DNA from: Candidatus Altiarchaeota archaeon
GTDB taxonomy: Archaea; Altiarchaeota; Altiarchaeia; IMC4; SCGC-AAA252-I15
NCBI GenBank assembly: GCA_043800255.1
Contig: JAZDNF010000009.1
Span: 128,001-192,000 of the forward strand
Length of the DNA stretch: 64,000 nt
Direction: 5' to 3'
The position numbers and the translations under genes were made by a program. This document shows, piece by piece, positions 9,661-18,583 of the stretch (position 1 is its first letter; each line of letters begins with the position of its first letter). Under the pieces are notes generated by a model. That model did no database searches. It was given only the letters and a program-made list of their open reading frames with translations, and had not been told where the DNA came from.

Positions 9661-9985
9661 AGTGGAGGGTGTCGCAGACCTCCTTCAGAGGTTGTTCTGG
9701 AAGCAGCCGCAGATGGCGGGGAAAGCTGTCGAGTTCTTGGATTACATCAGACAGTGGGGGCGGAGTGAGACGCCCTATAGGGTGGACCAGTGGGAGAACT
9801 ACTGTGAGAGGCATGGGATAACGCAGAGCAAATACCATAACATGCTGAAAAGGCTGAAAAGGGCGGGGATGATAGAGAAAAAATACAATAAGACGAAGAA
9901 GACGCACGAGCTGTTCCTGTCCGAAGGATTCTCAGAACGGCTGGAGAGTATGACATCAGCGTGGGACAACTTCAGAAAGAATTAG
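9632..9985 (+). CDS. Small wHTH-like protein
   Basis: GITQSKYHNMLKRLKRAGMIEKKY...LFLSEGF wHTH-like pattern. Confidence 0.7.
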   Translation: MDSAHIQIAEVEGVADLLQRLFWKQPQMAGKAVEFLDYIRQWGRSETPYRVDQWENYCERHGITQSKYHNMLKRLKRAGMIEKKYNKTKKTHELFLSEGFSERLESMTSAWDNFRKN

Positions 9986-11106
9986 AGACGCAGGAAGTCG
10001 ACGACAGGATTCCTTCTGAGGTCAACCGCATGATGGGGGCACATCTCATGACAACAATAACAGCGGATGCACATGCTAAGGTCCATGCGCGCCCTCCCGT
10101 CCTTCAAGGTTATGGCATCCACAGGACAGTTCTCCACGCAGATGCCGCAACCGACACAATTGCTGTTGCTGTGAGGGCTGGGAATGAACAGAGAACGGGA
10201 GACGCTCCCAAGCAAGGACATCAGAGTGCTTGAAGCAGGAGACAACGGAGGCCTGAAACCAGAAACCCGGACGGAATCCAAAGGCTCACCGATGATGCTG
10301 ATATCCTCCAACCTGCCAGACCAGAGGCCTCTTTGGATGGCAGCCCAGAGAGTAGGAACAGAACCAGGGTCAAAGCCCACAACAGAACAGGCAACGGCGT
10401 CCAAGGCAACGCTGTCAGAAGAAGCTAGAATGAGACCAACCTGCTTAGGACTGCCGGCAGCAGGCCCGTCGCCGTCCATCCCAATAACACCGTCCATGAT
10501 GGACAGTTCAGGCTTCACCAACTGGAGTAAGTCCACAAGCATCTCGGCGAAATTCTCCCTGCTCTTGAGCTTACCATGGTAGCCGGACTTCAGGAGACCT
10601 GGAATCAAACCGAACAAAATCTTAGTAGAACCGGTGAACTGCATGAGAACATGAGTCTTCAACTTCGGCAACGTGACGACAGAGTCAACAGAATCAAGGA
10701 CGTTGAGAACCTGGAAGCCTTTGATCAGCTTCCCCCCAGGATTGGGAACATACTTGTATGAGACGTCATAATTGAGACTGGCGCCAGTCTCCTCAACCAC
10801 CTGCAGCAGACCAGCCAACTTGTAAGCGCGCTTCAGCATCCTCTCCACCATCGGCCCCCCAGGACTGTCGCCGATGACAACCTCATGACCGCGAGACTGC
10901 AATAGCTCGACGACTGCCTTCACTACCATAGGATGAGTCACGATAGCCTCCTCAGGACGGGAAGGCCTGAGAAGATTGACCTTCAACAGGACCCTGGAAC
11001 CAAGATTGTTAAGGCCACCGGAAAGCTCCGCAGCCCTCCTGACAGAGGCTGAGACCGCATCATACGAGTAACTGCCGCAGCCCACAATGGAGACCGTGGA
11101 TTTCAC
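9982..11106 (-). CDS. DUF362 family Fe-S protein with C-terminal 2x[4Fe-4S] ferredoxin
   Basis: VLLKVN, VTHP, LPKLKTH and GDGP motifs. CVGCGICVENCP and CIRCYCCHEMCP. Confidence 0.9.
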   Translation of the reverse strand: MKSTVSIVGCGSYSYDAVSASVRRAAELSGGLNNLGSRVLLKVNLLRPSRPEEAIVTHPMVVKAVVELLQSRGHEVVIGDSPGGPMVERMLKRAYKLAGLLQVVEETGASLNYDVSYKYVPNPGGKLIKGFQVLNVLDSVDSVVTLPKLKTHVLMQFTGSTKILFGLIPGLLKSGYHGKLKSRENFAEMLVDLLQLVKPELSIMDGVIGMDGDGPAAGSPKQVGLILASSDSVALDAVACSVVGFDPGSVPTLWAAIQRGLWSGRLEDISIIGEPLDSVRVSGFRPPLSPASSTLMSLLGSVSRSLFIPSPHSNSNCVGCGICVENCPVDAITLKDGRARMDLSMCIRCYCCHEMCPHHAVDLRRNPVVDFLRL

Positions 11107-11119
11107 CTGACCTTGAACC

Positions 11120-11749
11120 TCACCGCAGCCCCTCCAACAAGACAGGCAGCCGCGCTATGGAATCGATGACATACTGCGCGCCGTTGCTCAAGAACATGTC
11201 ACGCCTCGTGCCGCCGCTGAGAACAGCGACGAACACGACGCCAGCATTGATGGCACACTCCAAGTCCACGATGGAATCCCCGACATATAACATGTCATCC
11301 ATGCCAACCATGAGCTTCCTCGAGATCTGAAAAAGCGCCGAAGGATCGGGCTTATGCCGGGTTATCGAACCCTTATGCAGTATCACATAGAAGATGCCAG
11401 GATCGATCCCCATCAGCTTAAGATGAGAGTACAACGTGTCCTCCCCACGCGACGTCAATATCGCAAGCCTGTACTTTTTGGAAAGCAGCTCCAGAGTCTC
11501 CTTCACCCCCACTATTGGAGTGGACTTCTCGACATTCCCCCTGTAAAGCTTGTTGAACCTGTCGATGTCGACGTCAGGCCATAACCCCATCAAAGCCGCA
11601 ACCCACGGCTTCCCAAGCTGGGACGTGAACTTCTCGAACTCCACCTCCTCCAGCCCCATGAGAGCGGCAACACGCTTATACTCCCCCCAGATGCTGTTGG
11701 TAGTGTCAATCAACGTCCCGTCGAAATCGAAGACTATCGCCCTGAGCAT
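11120..11749 (-). CDS. HAD-superfamily hydrolase (phosphoglycolate phosphatase-like)
   Basis: FDFDGTL, KPDP and YVGDSIVD motifs. Confidence 0.9.
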   Translation of the reverse strand: MLRAIVFDFDGTLIDTTNSIWGEYKRVAALMGLEEVEFEKFTSQLGKPWVAALMGLWPDVDIDRFNKLYRGNVEKSTPIVGVKETLELLSKKYRLAILTSRGEDTLYSHLKLMGIDPGIFYVILHKGSITRHKPDPSALFQISRKLMVGMDDMLYVGDSIVDLECAINAGVVFVAVLSGGTRRDMFLSNGAQYVIDSIARLPVLLEGLR

Positions 11750-11816
11750 GTTAAGGATTGTTAAAAGAAGTAATTATGCATTTTTATCCCCATATTAGGA
11801 TATTTAACGACAAAAA

Positions 11817-12779
11817 ATGCCATCACCGTGGGTTCTGGGACCTATTTTCAACTTCATCGCGATAGTAATCTCACTCTTCGCAGTCCTCTACTGGATCAGA
11901 CTGTACAGGGCCCTCTACAAGAAGGATGAGAGGGAGATAAGAGGATGGAGGTGGATCTTCGTGGCCGTCCTGGGGATACTTCTATTCAACATAACATCCG
12001 CCTACCTTCTGGTCAACATCTCAGACCTCTACGTGGCCGTGAACGTGGAGAAACTGTTCCCCAACGCCAAGAACAAAGTCTACGTACTCGACATGGGCAT
12101 GATGGAAGTCTTCAACACCCTCGGCAGGACCATAATAGGCCTCTCCATGACAGTCGGCGCCTACCTCATCTACGCCCCAATGAGAAGGGTCAAGGGAGTC
12201 CAATACAGGTTCGTCCCAGTCACTCCCACAACGGAGACGAAAAGCCAGGAAGAATCAAAATACAGCCTCGCGAAATCCAGCATCTACATGATAAAGGACG
12301 AGCGGCCCACCGCAGGAAGCAGGGACTACATGGTGAAAGGCACGATGCCGAACAAGGCCCTGTCAATCTTCAAAGACCTCGTCACCCACGACATAGAAGG
12401 CCTCTGCATCTCCAGAACCCACCCTGAGAAGATAAGGGAGATGTACGACCTCAGGAAGATCCCAGTCTTATGGCTGAGCCGCTCCCAAGAATACAGAGGA
12501 CATCTCGAACCGTCAGACCTCGTCGAGCTGATGCAAACCATAAAGGAATTCGTGACAAAGAGCGCTAACAGCGTCGTCCTCCTTGATGGGCTGGAATACC
12601 TGATAACCCAGAACAGCTTCGATGACATACTAAGGTTCATCCAGTCCCTCAACGACATAATATCGACCAGCAACGCCCGTGTCATCATCCCCGTCGATCC
12701 GACGACGATAGAGGAGAAGCAGCTCCACCTCCTGCAGAGGGAGATGAACGAGATAACCAGCGTCTGGGACAGAGCCTAA
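11817..12779 (+). CDS. Membrane protein with C-terminal DUF835 (inactive KaiC/RecA-like) domain
   Basis: Three N-terminal TM helices. GLCISRTHP, VLWLS, VVLLDGLEYLI..NSF, LND.I motifs. Confidence 0.85.
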   Translation: MPSPWVLGPIFNFIAIVISLFAVLYWIRLYRALYKKDEREIRGWRWIFVAVLGILLFNITSAYLLVNISDLYVAVNVEKLFPNAKNKVYVLDMGMMEVFNTLGRTIIGLSMTVGAYLIYAPMRRVKGVQYRFVPVTPTTETKSQEESKYSLAKSSIYMIKDERPTAGSRDYMVKGTMPNKALSIFKDLVTHDIEGLCISRTHPEKIREMYDLRKIPVLWLSRSQEYRGHLEPSDLVELMQTIKEFVTKSANSVVLLDGLEYLITQNSFDDILRFIQSLNDIISTSNARVIIPVDPTTIEEKQLHLLQREMNEITSVWDRA

Positions 12780-13081
12780 CGGAAGCCGGTGAACAGCACC
12801 CTCCTGAAATCAACTACCCTGCCGTCAACTATTCCGACACCCTCAGACCTGAGCAGCCGAATCTTCCTCTCAATACCCTGGTTGTATCCTCCAACCTCCC
12901 CGTTCGAGCGCACCACCCTGTGGCACGGCATCTCCACAGGATCAGGGTTAGAGCGCATCAGCATGCCAACAGCCCGCGCCGCCTTCCTGTTGCCCAACGC
13001 CCTCGCAACCTCTCCATAGGTTGACACACTCCCCCGCGGAATCTGCCTCACCAGAAAGTAGGCTTCCTCTCTGATGCCCAT
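12776..13081 (-). CDS. ogt: O6-methylguanine-DNA methyltransferase (single domain)
   Basis: TYGEVA..G..KAARAVG and the PCHRVV active site. Confidence 0.9.
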   Translation of the reverse strand: MGIREEAYFLVRQIPRGSVSTYGEVARALGNRKAARAVGMLMRSNPDPVEMPCHRVVRSNGEVGGYNQGIERKIRLLRSEGVGIVDGRVVDFRRVLFTGFR

Positions 13082-13110
13082 GATATTTACTCTAGGAGTT
13101 AATCATTAAT

Positions 13111-14100
13111 ATGAGAGACCTTTCCCCGGAGTTCAAATTCGACGAGGACATTCTCAGAAGGGAGTTCGCAAAACTTGCGAACAGGATGGAACGCCCCAAG
13201 ATTGACAGGAAAGACCTGCTGAGAAGACTGTCTGCAGCAGGCCTCAAGGTTGAGAGGATCGTACCAGCCGCTCCCAAGAACGTCGGCATGCTGTGCGCTG
13301 ACTCCTCCTTCACGGTGAGAAACTTCAGATTCCACAGCATCTGGGGAGGGCACTGCGCGACAGTCTACGCCACCTACGACGGCGGAGAGCACGTTGACCC
13401 GCTCTCAGGCTCAGCCATCCTCGGATACACGAGGATGATGCACGACTCCTACGTCGACTTCGGAACCCTGACAGCAGGCATGAACGACGACGAAGCCTCC
13501 GGCCTTCGAAGAGTGAGACTCGAATACAGCTGCCTGCTGAGGTCCAAAGAGGACATAAGGAACATGGACCTAAAGGCAGACCTGCTGCTGGTGGACGGGA
13601 GCATCGCAACCCTGAAAAGATTCCTCGCCGAGAAAGCTGACAAGGAGATGATAGGACTGCAGGACTCCCTGCTAAAGAACAGAGTCGTTGGCATGGTCGA
13701 GGACTCCAGAGCCTCCGACGTCTCAAATTCCATGGGAGTGGACTGCCCCAACACGCTCCTATTCGACATGATACTCGAACCCCTCGAATACGTCAAAGTA
13801 GTCCATGACAGCGTCTGCGTATGCTACCTGAAGCTTCCGCCGAAGAAGGTTGACTTCCTCCCAGAATCACGTACGCCGCCGATAACCGTGAGATGGGAGT
13901 TCAGCTTTCCCGAATTTTTGAAGGATCTGAACGAGCTGGCAGGCATCTGGTCCTCAGAGGAGGACACCCTACACCCTCAGCTCTACCCCATCAGGGTTGC
14001 GGATTACCTGACCAGGAAGGTCAGGATTCAGCCGATCATCGACGAACTGGCCGCAGAATACGGCCTCCAGCCGGAATACCGGAGCATGAGGAGCTTATAG
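13111..14100 (+). CDS. nurA: NurA-family nuclease
   Basis: CADSS and LLLVDGSI acidic motifs, GMVEDS, and C-terminal YP..VAD..TR. Confidence 0.65.
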   Translation: MRDLSPEFKFDEDILRREFAKLANRMERPKIDRKDLLRRLSAAGLKVERIVPAAPKNVGMLCADSSFTVRNFRFHSIWGGHCATVYATYDGGEHVDPLSGSAILGYTRMMHDSYVDFGTLTAGMNDDEASGLRRVRLEYSCLLRSKEDIRNMDLKADLLLVDGSIATLKRFLAEKADKEMIGLQDSLLKNRVVGMVEDSRASDVSNSMGVDCPNTLLFDMILEPLEYVKVVHDSVCVCYLKLPPKKVDFLPESRTPPITVRWEFSFPEFLKDLNELAGIWSSEEDTLHPQLYPIRVADYLTRKVRIQPIIDELAAEYGLQPEYRSMRSL

Positions 14101-14134
14101 ATTATTTATTCTGTCATTCACATCATTTACGATC

Positions 14135-15640
14135 ATGAAATACAAGGTAAGATTGTATGAGATCGAGACTGGGAAGCCTATCGTAGTCCTCAACGATGAG
14201 GACGTCGCGGAGATGGGCATCCACGTCGGCGACAGAGTCAAGATCATAAAAGGCAGCAAGGCAGTCACAGGCATCGTAGACACCACCACATCCTTCGTCA
14301 ACCCCGATGAGATAGGGATCTTCGAGGAAGTCAAAGAGTGCCTGGACGTGAAAGACGGAGACACCGTCGAAGTAAAGTCCACGGTGAGGCCGAAGTCGGT
14401 AGAGTTCCTGAAGAAGAAACTAAAAGGCGAGGAACTCCACGGCCACGAGATTAGGACCATAATACAGGATATCGTGGACAACAACTTGAGCGACATCGAA
14501 TTGAGCGCCTTCGTAACCGCATCATACATCAACGGCTACACGATGGACGAGATAGTAGCCCTTACAAACTCTATGGTCGAGACAGGAGACACCTTCGACT
14601 TCGGCGACGACACGGTGGACAAGCACTGCATCGGCGGCGTCGCAGGCAACAGAACGACTATGATACTCGTGCCAATTGTCGCGGCAGCAGGCCTCACCAT
14701 CCCGAAGACCAGCTCGAGGGCGATAACGTCGCCTGCTGGAACAGCCGACACCATGGAATTCCTCGCCAACGTCGAATTCGACATCGAAGAGCTCAAGAAG
14801 ATCGTGGCAAAGACCAACGGATGCATAGTCTGGGGTGGTGCAGTCAACCTCGCGCCAGCCGATGACAAGATAATAAGGGCAGAATATCCGCTCTCAATAG
14901 ACCCTGAAGGGCAGGTGCTGGCTTCGGTCATGGCCAAGAAGAAGTCAGTCGGCTCCGACTATGTGGTAATAGACATACCAGTCGGCAAGGGAACGAAGAT
15001 AGAGGACATGGACCAGGCTAACCTCCTCGCGAGGAAGTTCATCGAACTAGGCAACCGCCTTGAGATTTCAACAGAATGCATCGTCACCGACGGCAGCGCG
15101 CCCATAGGGAACGGCATCGGCCCAGCCCTGGAGGCACGCGATGTTTTGGACGTGCTCAACGGGAAGGGGCCGACAGACCTCGCTAACAAGTCAGTTGACC
15201 TAGCTGGCGTCCTCCTGGAGCTGTCTGGGAAGGTGAGGAAAGGCGAGGGCAGGAAAACCGCTGAAAGCATCCTCGAATCCGGCAAGGCGAAGAAGAAGAT
15301 GATGGAAATCATCGAAGCCCAGGGCGGCAACCCCAGGATAAAATCATCTGACATCCAGCTGGGGGACAAAACCTACGAAGTCCTCTCTGACATCAAGGGA
15401 AGGGTCAAGTTCATAGACAACAGCCTCATCTCAAAGGTCGCCAGGGCCGCTGGCGCGCCGAAGAACAAGGGCGCAGGCATCCTATTGCACGTAGGCGTCG
15501 GCGACAAGATCGAGAAGAACCAGAAGCTCTTCACCATATACTCTGAAGTCGAGGACAAGCTCGATTACGCGATAAAGACTAACGAGCAGCTGATACCAAT
15601 AAGAGTCGGCGGAGTCATACTGAAATCAGTCGTCAAGTGA
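14135..15640 (+). CDS. deoA: AMP phosphorylase (thymidine phosphorylase family)
   Basis: N-terminal double-psi barrel. DKHCIGGVAGNRTT and PKTSSRAITSPAGTADTME motifs. Confidence 0.95.
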   Translation: MKYKVRLYEIETGKPIVVLNDEDVAEMGIHVGDRVKIIKGSKAVTGIVDTTTSFVNPDEIGIFEEVKECLDVKDGDTVEVKSTVRPKSVEFLKKKLKGEELHGHEIRTIIQDIVDNNLSDIELSAFVTASYINGYTMDEIVALTNSMVETGDTFDFGDDTVDKHCIGGVAGNRTTMILVPIVAAAGLTIPKTSSRAITSPAGTADTMEFLANVEFDIEELKKIVAKTNGCIVWGGAVNLAPADDKIIRAEYPLSIDPEGQVLASVMAKKKSVGSDYVVIDIPVGKGTKIEDMDQANLLARKFIELGNRLEISTECIVTDGSAPIGNGIGPALEARDVLDVLNGKGPTDLANKSVDLAGVLLELSGKVRKGEGRKTAESILESGKAKKKMMEIIEAQGGNPRIKSSDIQLGDKTYEVLSDIKGRVKFIDNSLISKVARAAGAPKNKGAGILLHVGVGDKIEKNQKLFTIYSEVEDKLDYAIKTNEQLIPIRVGGVILKSVVK

Positions 15641-15823
15641 GTTCAGACGTTCTTTTTTTCTCTTACATTGCCTTGCGCTTTCTGCCATCTCCTTCGACTC
15701 TGGAATCTCAATCACGCCCTTATGCTTTGAGTAATCTTCTCCAGCGGCAGCGCCGCCCACCTTCACATTAGGAAGCTCAACACCCTCAAAAGTCCTGTGC
15801 CTCAGCCGGTTGATCATCATCAC
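15626..15823 (-). CDS. Small hypothetical protein
   Basis: Start overlaps the stop of the upstream ORF and follows GAGGAG. No recognisable motif. Confidence 0.35.
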   Translation of the reverse strand: MMMINRLRHRTFEGVELPNVKVGGAAAGEDYSKHKGVIEIPESKEMAESARQCKRKKERLNSLDD

Positions 15824-16362
15824 TCCTCGTCTGCCTTCCTAGCAGCCTTCTTGATGTCCTGTTTTTTATCATCGGTTAGCTCTTTGCCTTTGCGGAATTC
15901 GTTTACTGCGTCTAACACTCCGTCATCACCGGCCCACGCGTTCTCCTCTATCTTCTGAACGTACTGCTCGACTTCAGCCTTGTCGACGTATCCCGCCCCA
16001 TAACCTTTCATTATGTCAGGCGACACCCTCACAAGATGCTGTAATGAATCAGACCACTCCCGGGATTCCATGCTACCCTTAGCCAGGTTTATGCCCTCAT
16101 CGATTCTGTCAAGGGTAGGCTGCCATGCCTCAGACTGTACTCTCTCGCCTATCACCTTCCGGGCGAACTCAGCCTCCTCTATCTTCCTCTTCACCAGGTT
16201 AGCCCAGTCCTCGTCCCTCGTTGCCTTCCGTATCTCGTTTATGTCCTCCCTACTGAGGCCGTACATGTCCTCCCTAGTCATCTGATCAGGGTCCTTCTCC
16301 TTCGACATCTTCCCCAGCTGAGCCAGCTTCGCAATGCACGAAGGGCATAAATCGTGTGCCAA
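15820..16362 (-). CDS. Helical hypothetical protein, probably the frameshifted C-terminal part of 16364..18571
   Basis: TTG start 1 nt after the upstream stop. Begins with CPSC, complementing the CEEC at the end of the upstream ORF. Confidence 0.6.
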   Translation of the reverse strand: MAHDLCPSCIAKLAQLGKMSKEKDPDQMTREDMYGLSREDINEIRKATRDEDWANLVKRKIEEAEFARKVIGERVQSEAWQPTLDRIDEGINLAKGSMESREWSDSLQHLVRVSPDIMKGYGAGYVDKAEVEQYVQKIEENAWAGDDGVLDAVNEFRKGKELTDDKKQDIKKAARKADEE

Positions 16363-16363
16363 T

Positions 16364-18571
16364 TTATTTACCTCTCTTCTGTTTTATGAACGGCATACCG
16401 CATTCCTCGCATACCGCAACCTCCCAACCCTTCAGCTCCTCCTCAGGGTTCTCGGCCTCGGCAGCCTTCCTGATCATCTTATCAGCCACACTCCGCCCGT
16501 CAGCGCCCTCCTCCAGAATCTGAGGCGCCTTCTCCGCCTTGCCGACTAAGTCACCCACCACAGCGCCCTTATCCTTGAATCTGTCCGAGAGGCCGGCCTC
16601 CTCAACCCTGCCGAACACCTCCTTCACCCTCTCAGCCTCATCAGGCTTCAACCTCTCAAGCCTCCGCTCATCCACATGAGCCTTCCAAGCCCCAAGCTCG
16701 GCAGGAGCACCACGCCTCGGCCTCTCAACAGCAGACGGAGCCTCGATGGCAGCCTCAGGCCCGGCATGCGGGACTTCAGCACCCAAACCCTCGCCAGCTC
16801 TCCTGGGTTTGCCTTTGACTGCGTAGTCGCTCTCTGTTATTCTGGCTCCGGATGTTGCTGGAGGCATCTCGCCTTCTGGGATTGCTTCGCCGGCAGCCTC
16901 TGACAGCTCTTCTTTCCTCTCATGCTCAGCCTCGGTGAACTTCTCACGCTCCCTATCCCTCCACAGGCTGCTGAGATCCTTCTGCCTGCCAGCCTCCTCG
17001 CCAGCCGTCTCACCCTCCATCTGAGTCTCAGGAGGAACAACCGGCTTGGAAGGAACACCAGTCTCAGAGACGACACCGCCCTCGCCGGCAGCCGGGCGCG
17101 AAACCCTCGCGCCCCTGACAGCCTCAGTGGCTTTTCTGACATCATCCAGAGGAGCATGCCTGCCAGGCTCCTTCGCAGAAGCAGAGGGAATTATCTTAGA
17201 CGGCTCCCTCGCCCTCTCAACCGAAGCGGGAGTGACATCATTCAAATCCCTGCCAGGCCTCTGCACGCTGGGTGAGCCGGCTCCGGGAGCAGTATGCCTG
17301 CGAGAACTCCAGAACGAACACCCAGGACGATTATACTCGTAGTCGCCGGTCGCCCTGAAAGCCATCCTACCGGCGCCAGGCGTCATACTATACCATCCTG
17401 ACCTCTCCCCCGCATAATAGCCGCCCTCGGTGTAGGCGACAACCTCCTCACCGGATAGGCCTCGGGAATAGTAGAGTGCGGAACCAAGCCTCTCACCGCC
17501 ACGCTCACTCCACCCCATAGTATGAGTCGTCTGATAACGGCCGCCTGCCGCAGCTATCGCCGAGGAGAAGCTGCTGCCCTGCATCATAAGCGCTATCGGC
17601 CTCGTGAAAGTCGCACCACCCCTCGACGAGTAAGCGAACACTGTGCCGCCAATCCACGGCAGAATCTTGGAAACGAGGAGCGGCGTCAACACTATGCCCA
17701 AAAAGCTCGCCAATGTGAGCACAGCATTGATTATGCCAGAGCCGCCGGAACTTAGGAAGGTGATGCCCATCGCGAGGAAGCCCATCTGGAAGACCTGAGT
17801 GAAAATCACAGCAATCGAGAAATTTATTATGGCATTGCCCATACCCTTAGTCAGCCTGAAAGACCACAGGAATATGCCAAGAGGGAACAGCGCAGCGCAC
17901 ACTACCACAACAAAATACCGTATAGCCGCAACCAGCACCGCCATCTGAACAAACCATAAACCAAACTGCCATATGCAGAACCCGATTATCAGCGCACCCG
18001 CCGGCACCTTGAATATGTCAAAGACGCTCGTAAGCTCAGTGTCAACAGACAACGCCATAGCATCCACAATCTCCCCAGAAATGTTAAGCAAAGTCTGGAA
18101 TATCAAAGGCGAAATCGAAGTCAACACCAAGCCTATGAAAACGTCCAACAGCATCGACTTCGCCTGAGCCCTCCCCCGAACAGAACCCTGCATGAAAATC
18201 AGATACAACCCCAACAGTATCAGCAGAGTCACGAAAAACGGGACGAAAAGCTTCAGCAACGTCCCGTTAATATTCTTCACGGTAGTGTCCTCCTGCAGCG
18301 GGAAATAGAAGAATGAGCTGCTCTCGAAGTACTCGCAGTAGCCGCCAGTCTCCCCCACCACGCACGGGTTAACCCGTATTATAAAAACCAGAAAATAGAA
18401 CGCCTTCTCCAGGAAGAGGTTAGCGCCAGTCGTGAGGAAATCAGCACTCTCCGCAGGAGTCGTCTCCTTATAAGGCGGGACAGCAGCAAACACCAAAGGA
18501 GAGAACAAGAGAGTTAACACTATGAGCAAGGCAAACCAACTCATCCCGGATTTCAGAATACGTTTCATCAT
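16364..18571 (-). CDS. VirB6/TrbL(CedA)-like polytopic membrane protein with long low-complexity tail
   Basis: Signal peptide and about 7 TM helices. RYFVVVVCAALFPLGIFLWSFRLTKGMG motif. Paralogous to the N-terminus of 18584..22855. Confidence 0.6.
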   Translation of the reverse strand: MMKRILKSGMSWFALLIVLTLLFSPLVFAAVPPYKETTPAESADFLTTGANLFLEKAFYFLVFIIRVNPCVVGETGGYCEYFESSSFFYFPLQEDTTVKNINGTLLKLFVPFFVTLLILLGLYLIFMQGSVRGRAQAKSMLLDVFIGLVLTSISPLIFQTLLNISGEIVDAMALSVDTELTSVFDIFKVPAGALIIGFCIWQFGLWFVQMAVLVAAIRYFVVVVCAALFPLGIFLWSFRLTKGMGNAIINFSIAVIFTQVFQMGFLAMGITFLSSGGSGIINAVLTLASFLGIVLTPLLVSKILPWIGGTVFAYSSRGGATFTRPIALMMQGSSFSSAIAAAGGRYQTTHTMGWSERGGERLGSALYYSRGLSGEEVVAYTEGGYYAGERSGWYSMTPGAGRMAFRATGDYEYNRPGCSFWSSRRHTAPGAGSPSVQRPGRDLNDVTPASVERAREPSKIIPSASAKEPGRHAPLDDVRKATEAVRGARVSRPAAGEGGVVSETGVPSKPVVPPETQMEGETAGEEAGRQKDLSSLWRDREREKFTEAEHERKEELSEAAGEAIPEGEMPPATSGARITESDYAVKGKPRRAGEGLGAEVPHAGPEAAIEAPSAVERPRRGAPAELGAWKAHVDERRLERLKPDEAERVKEVFGRVEEAGLSDRFKDKGAVVGDLVGKAEKAPQILEEGADGRSVADKMIRKAAEAENPEEELKGWEVAVCEECGMPFIKQKRGK

Positions 18572-18583
18572 CTCATTGACCTC

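Noticed and set aside
8404-9757. Diverged duplicate as a diversity-generating retroelement TR/VR pair
   Set aside because: Mismatches are not adenine-specific and are mostly synonymous, and there is no reverse transcriptase in the window.
15812-15825. Selenocysteine or readthrough at TGA TGA TGA after the 180-aa ORF
   Set aside because: Three consecutive stops and another in-frame TGA shortly after. It is better explained as overlapping GTG/ATG starts of the next ORF.
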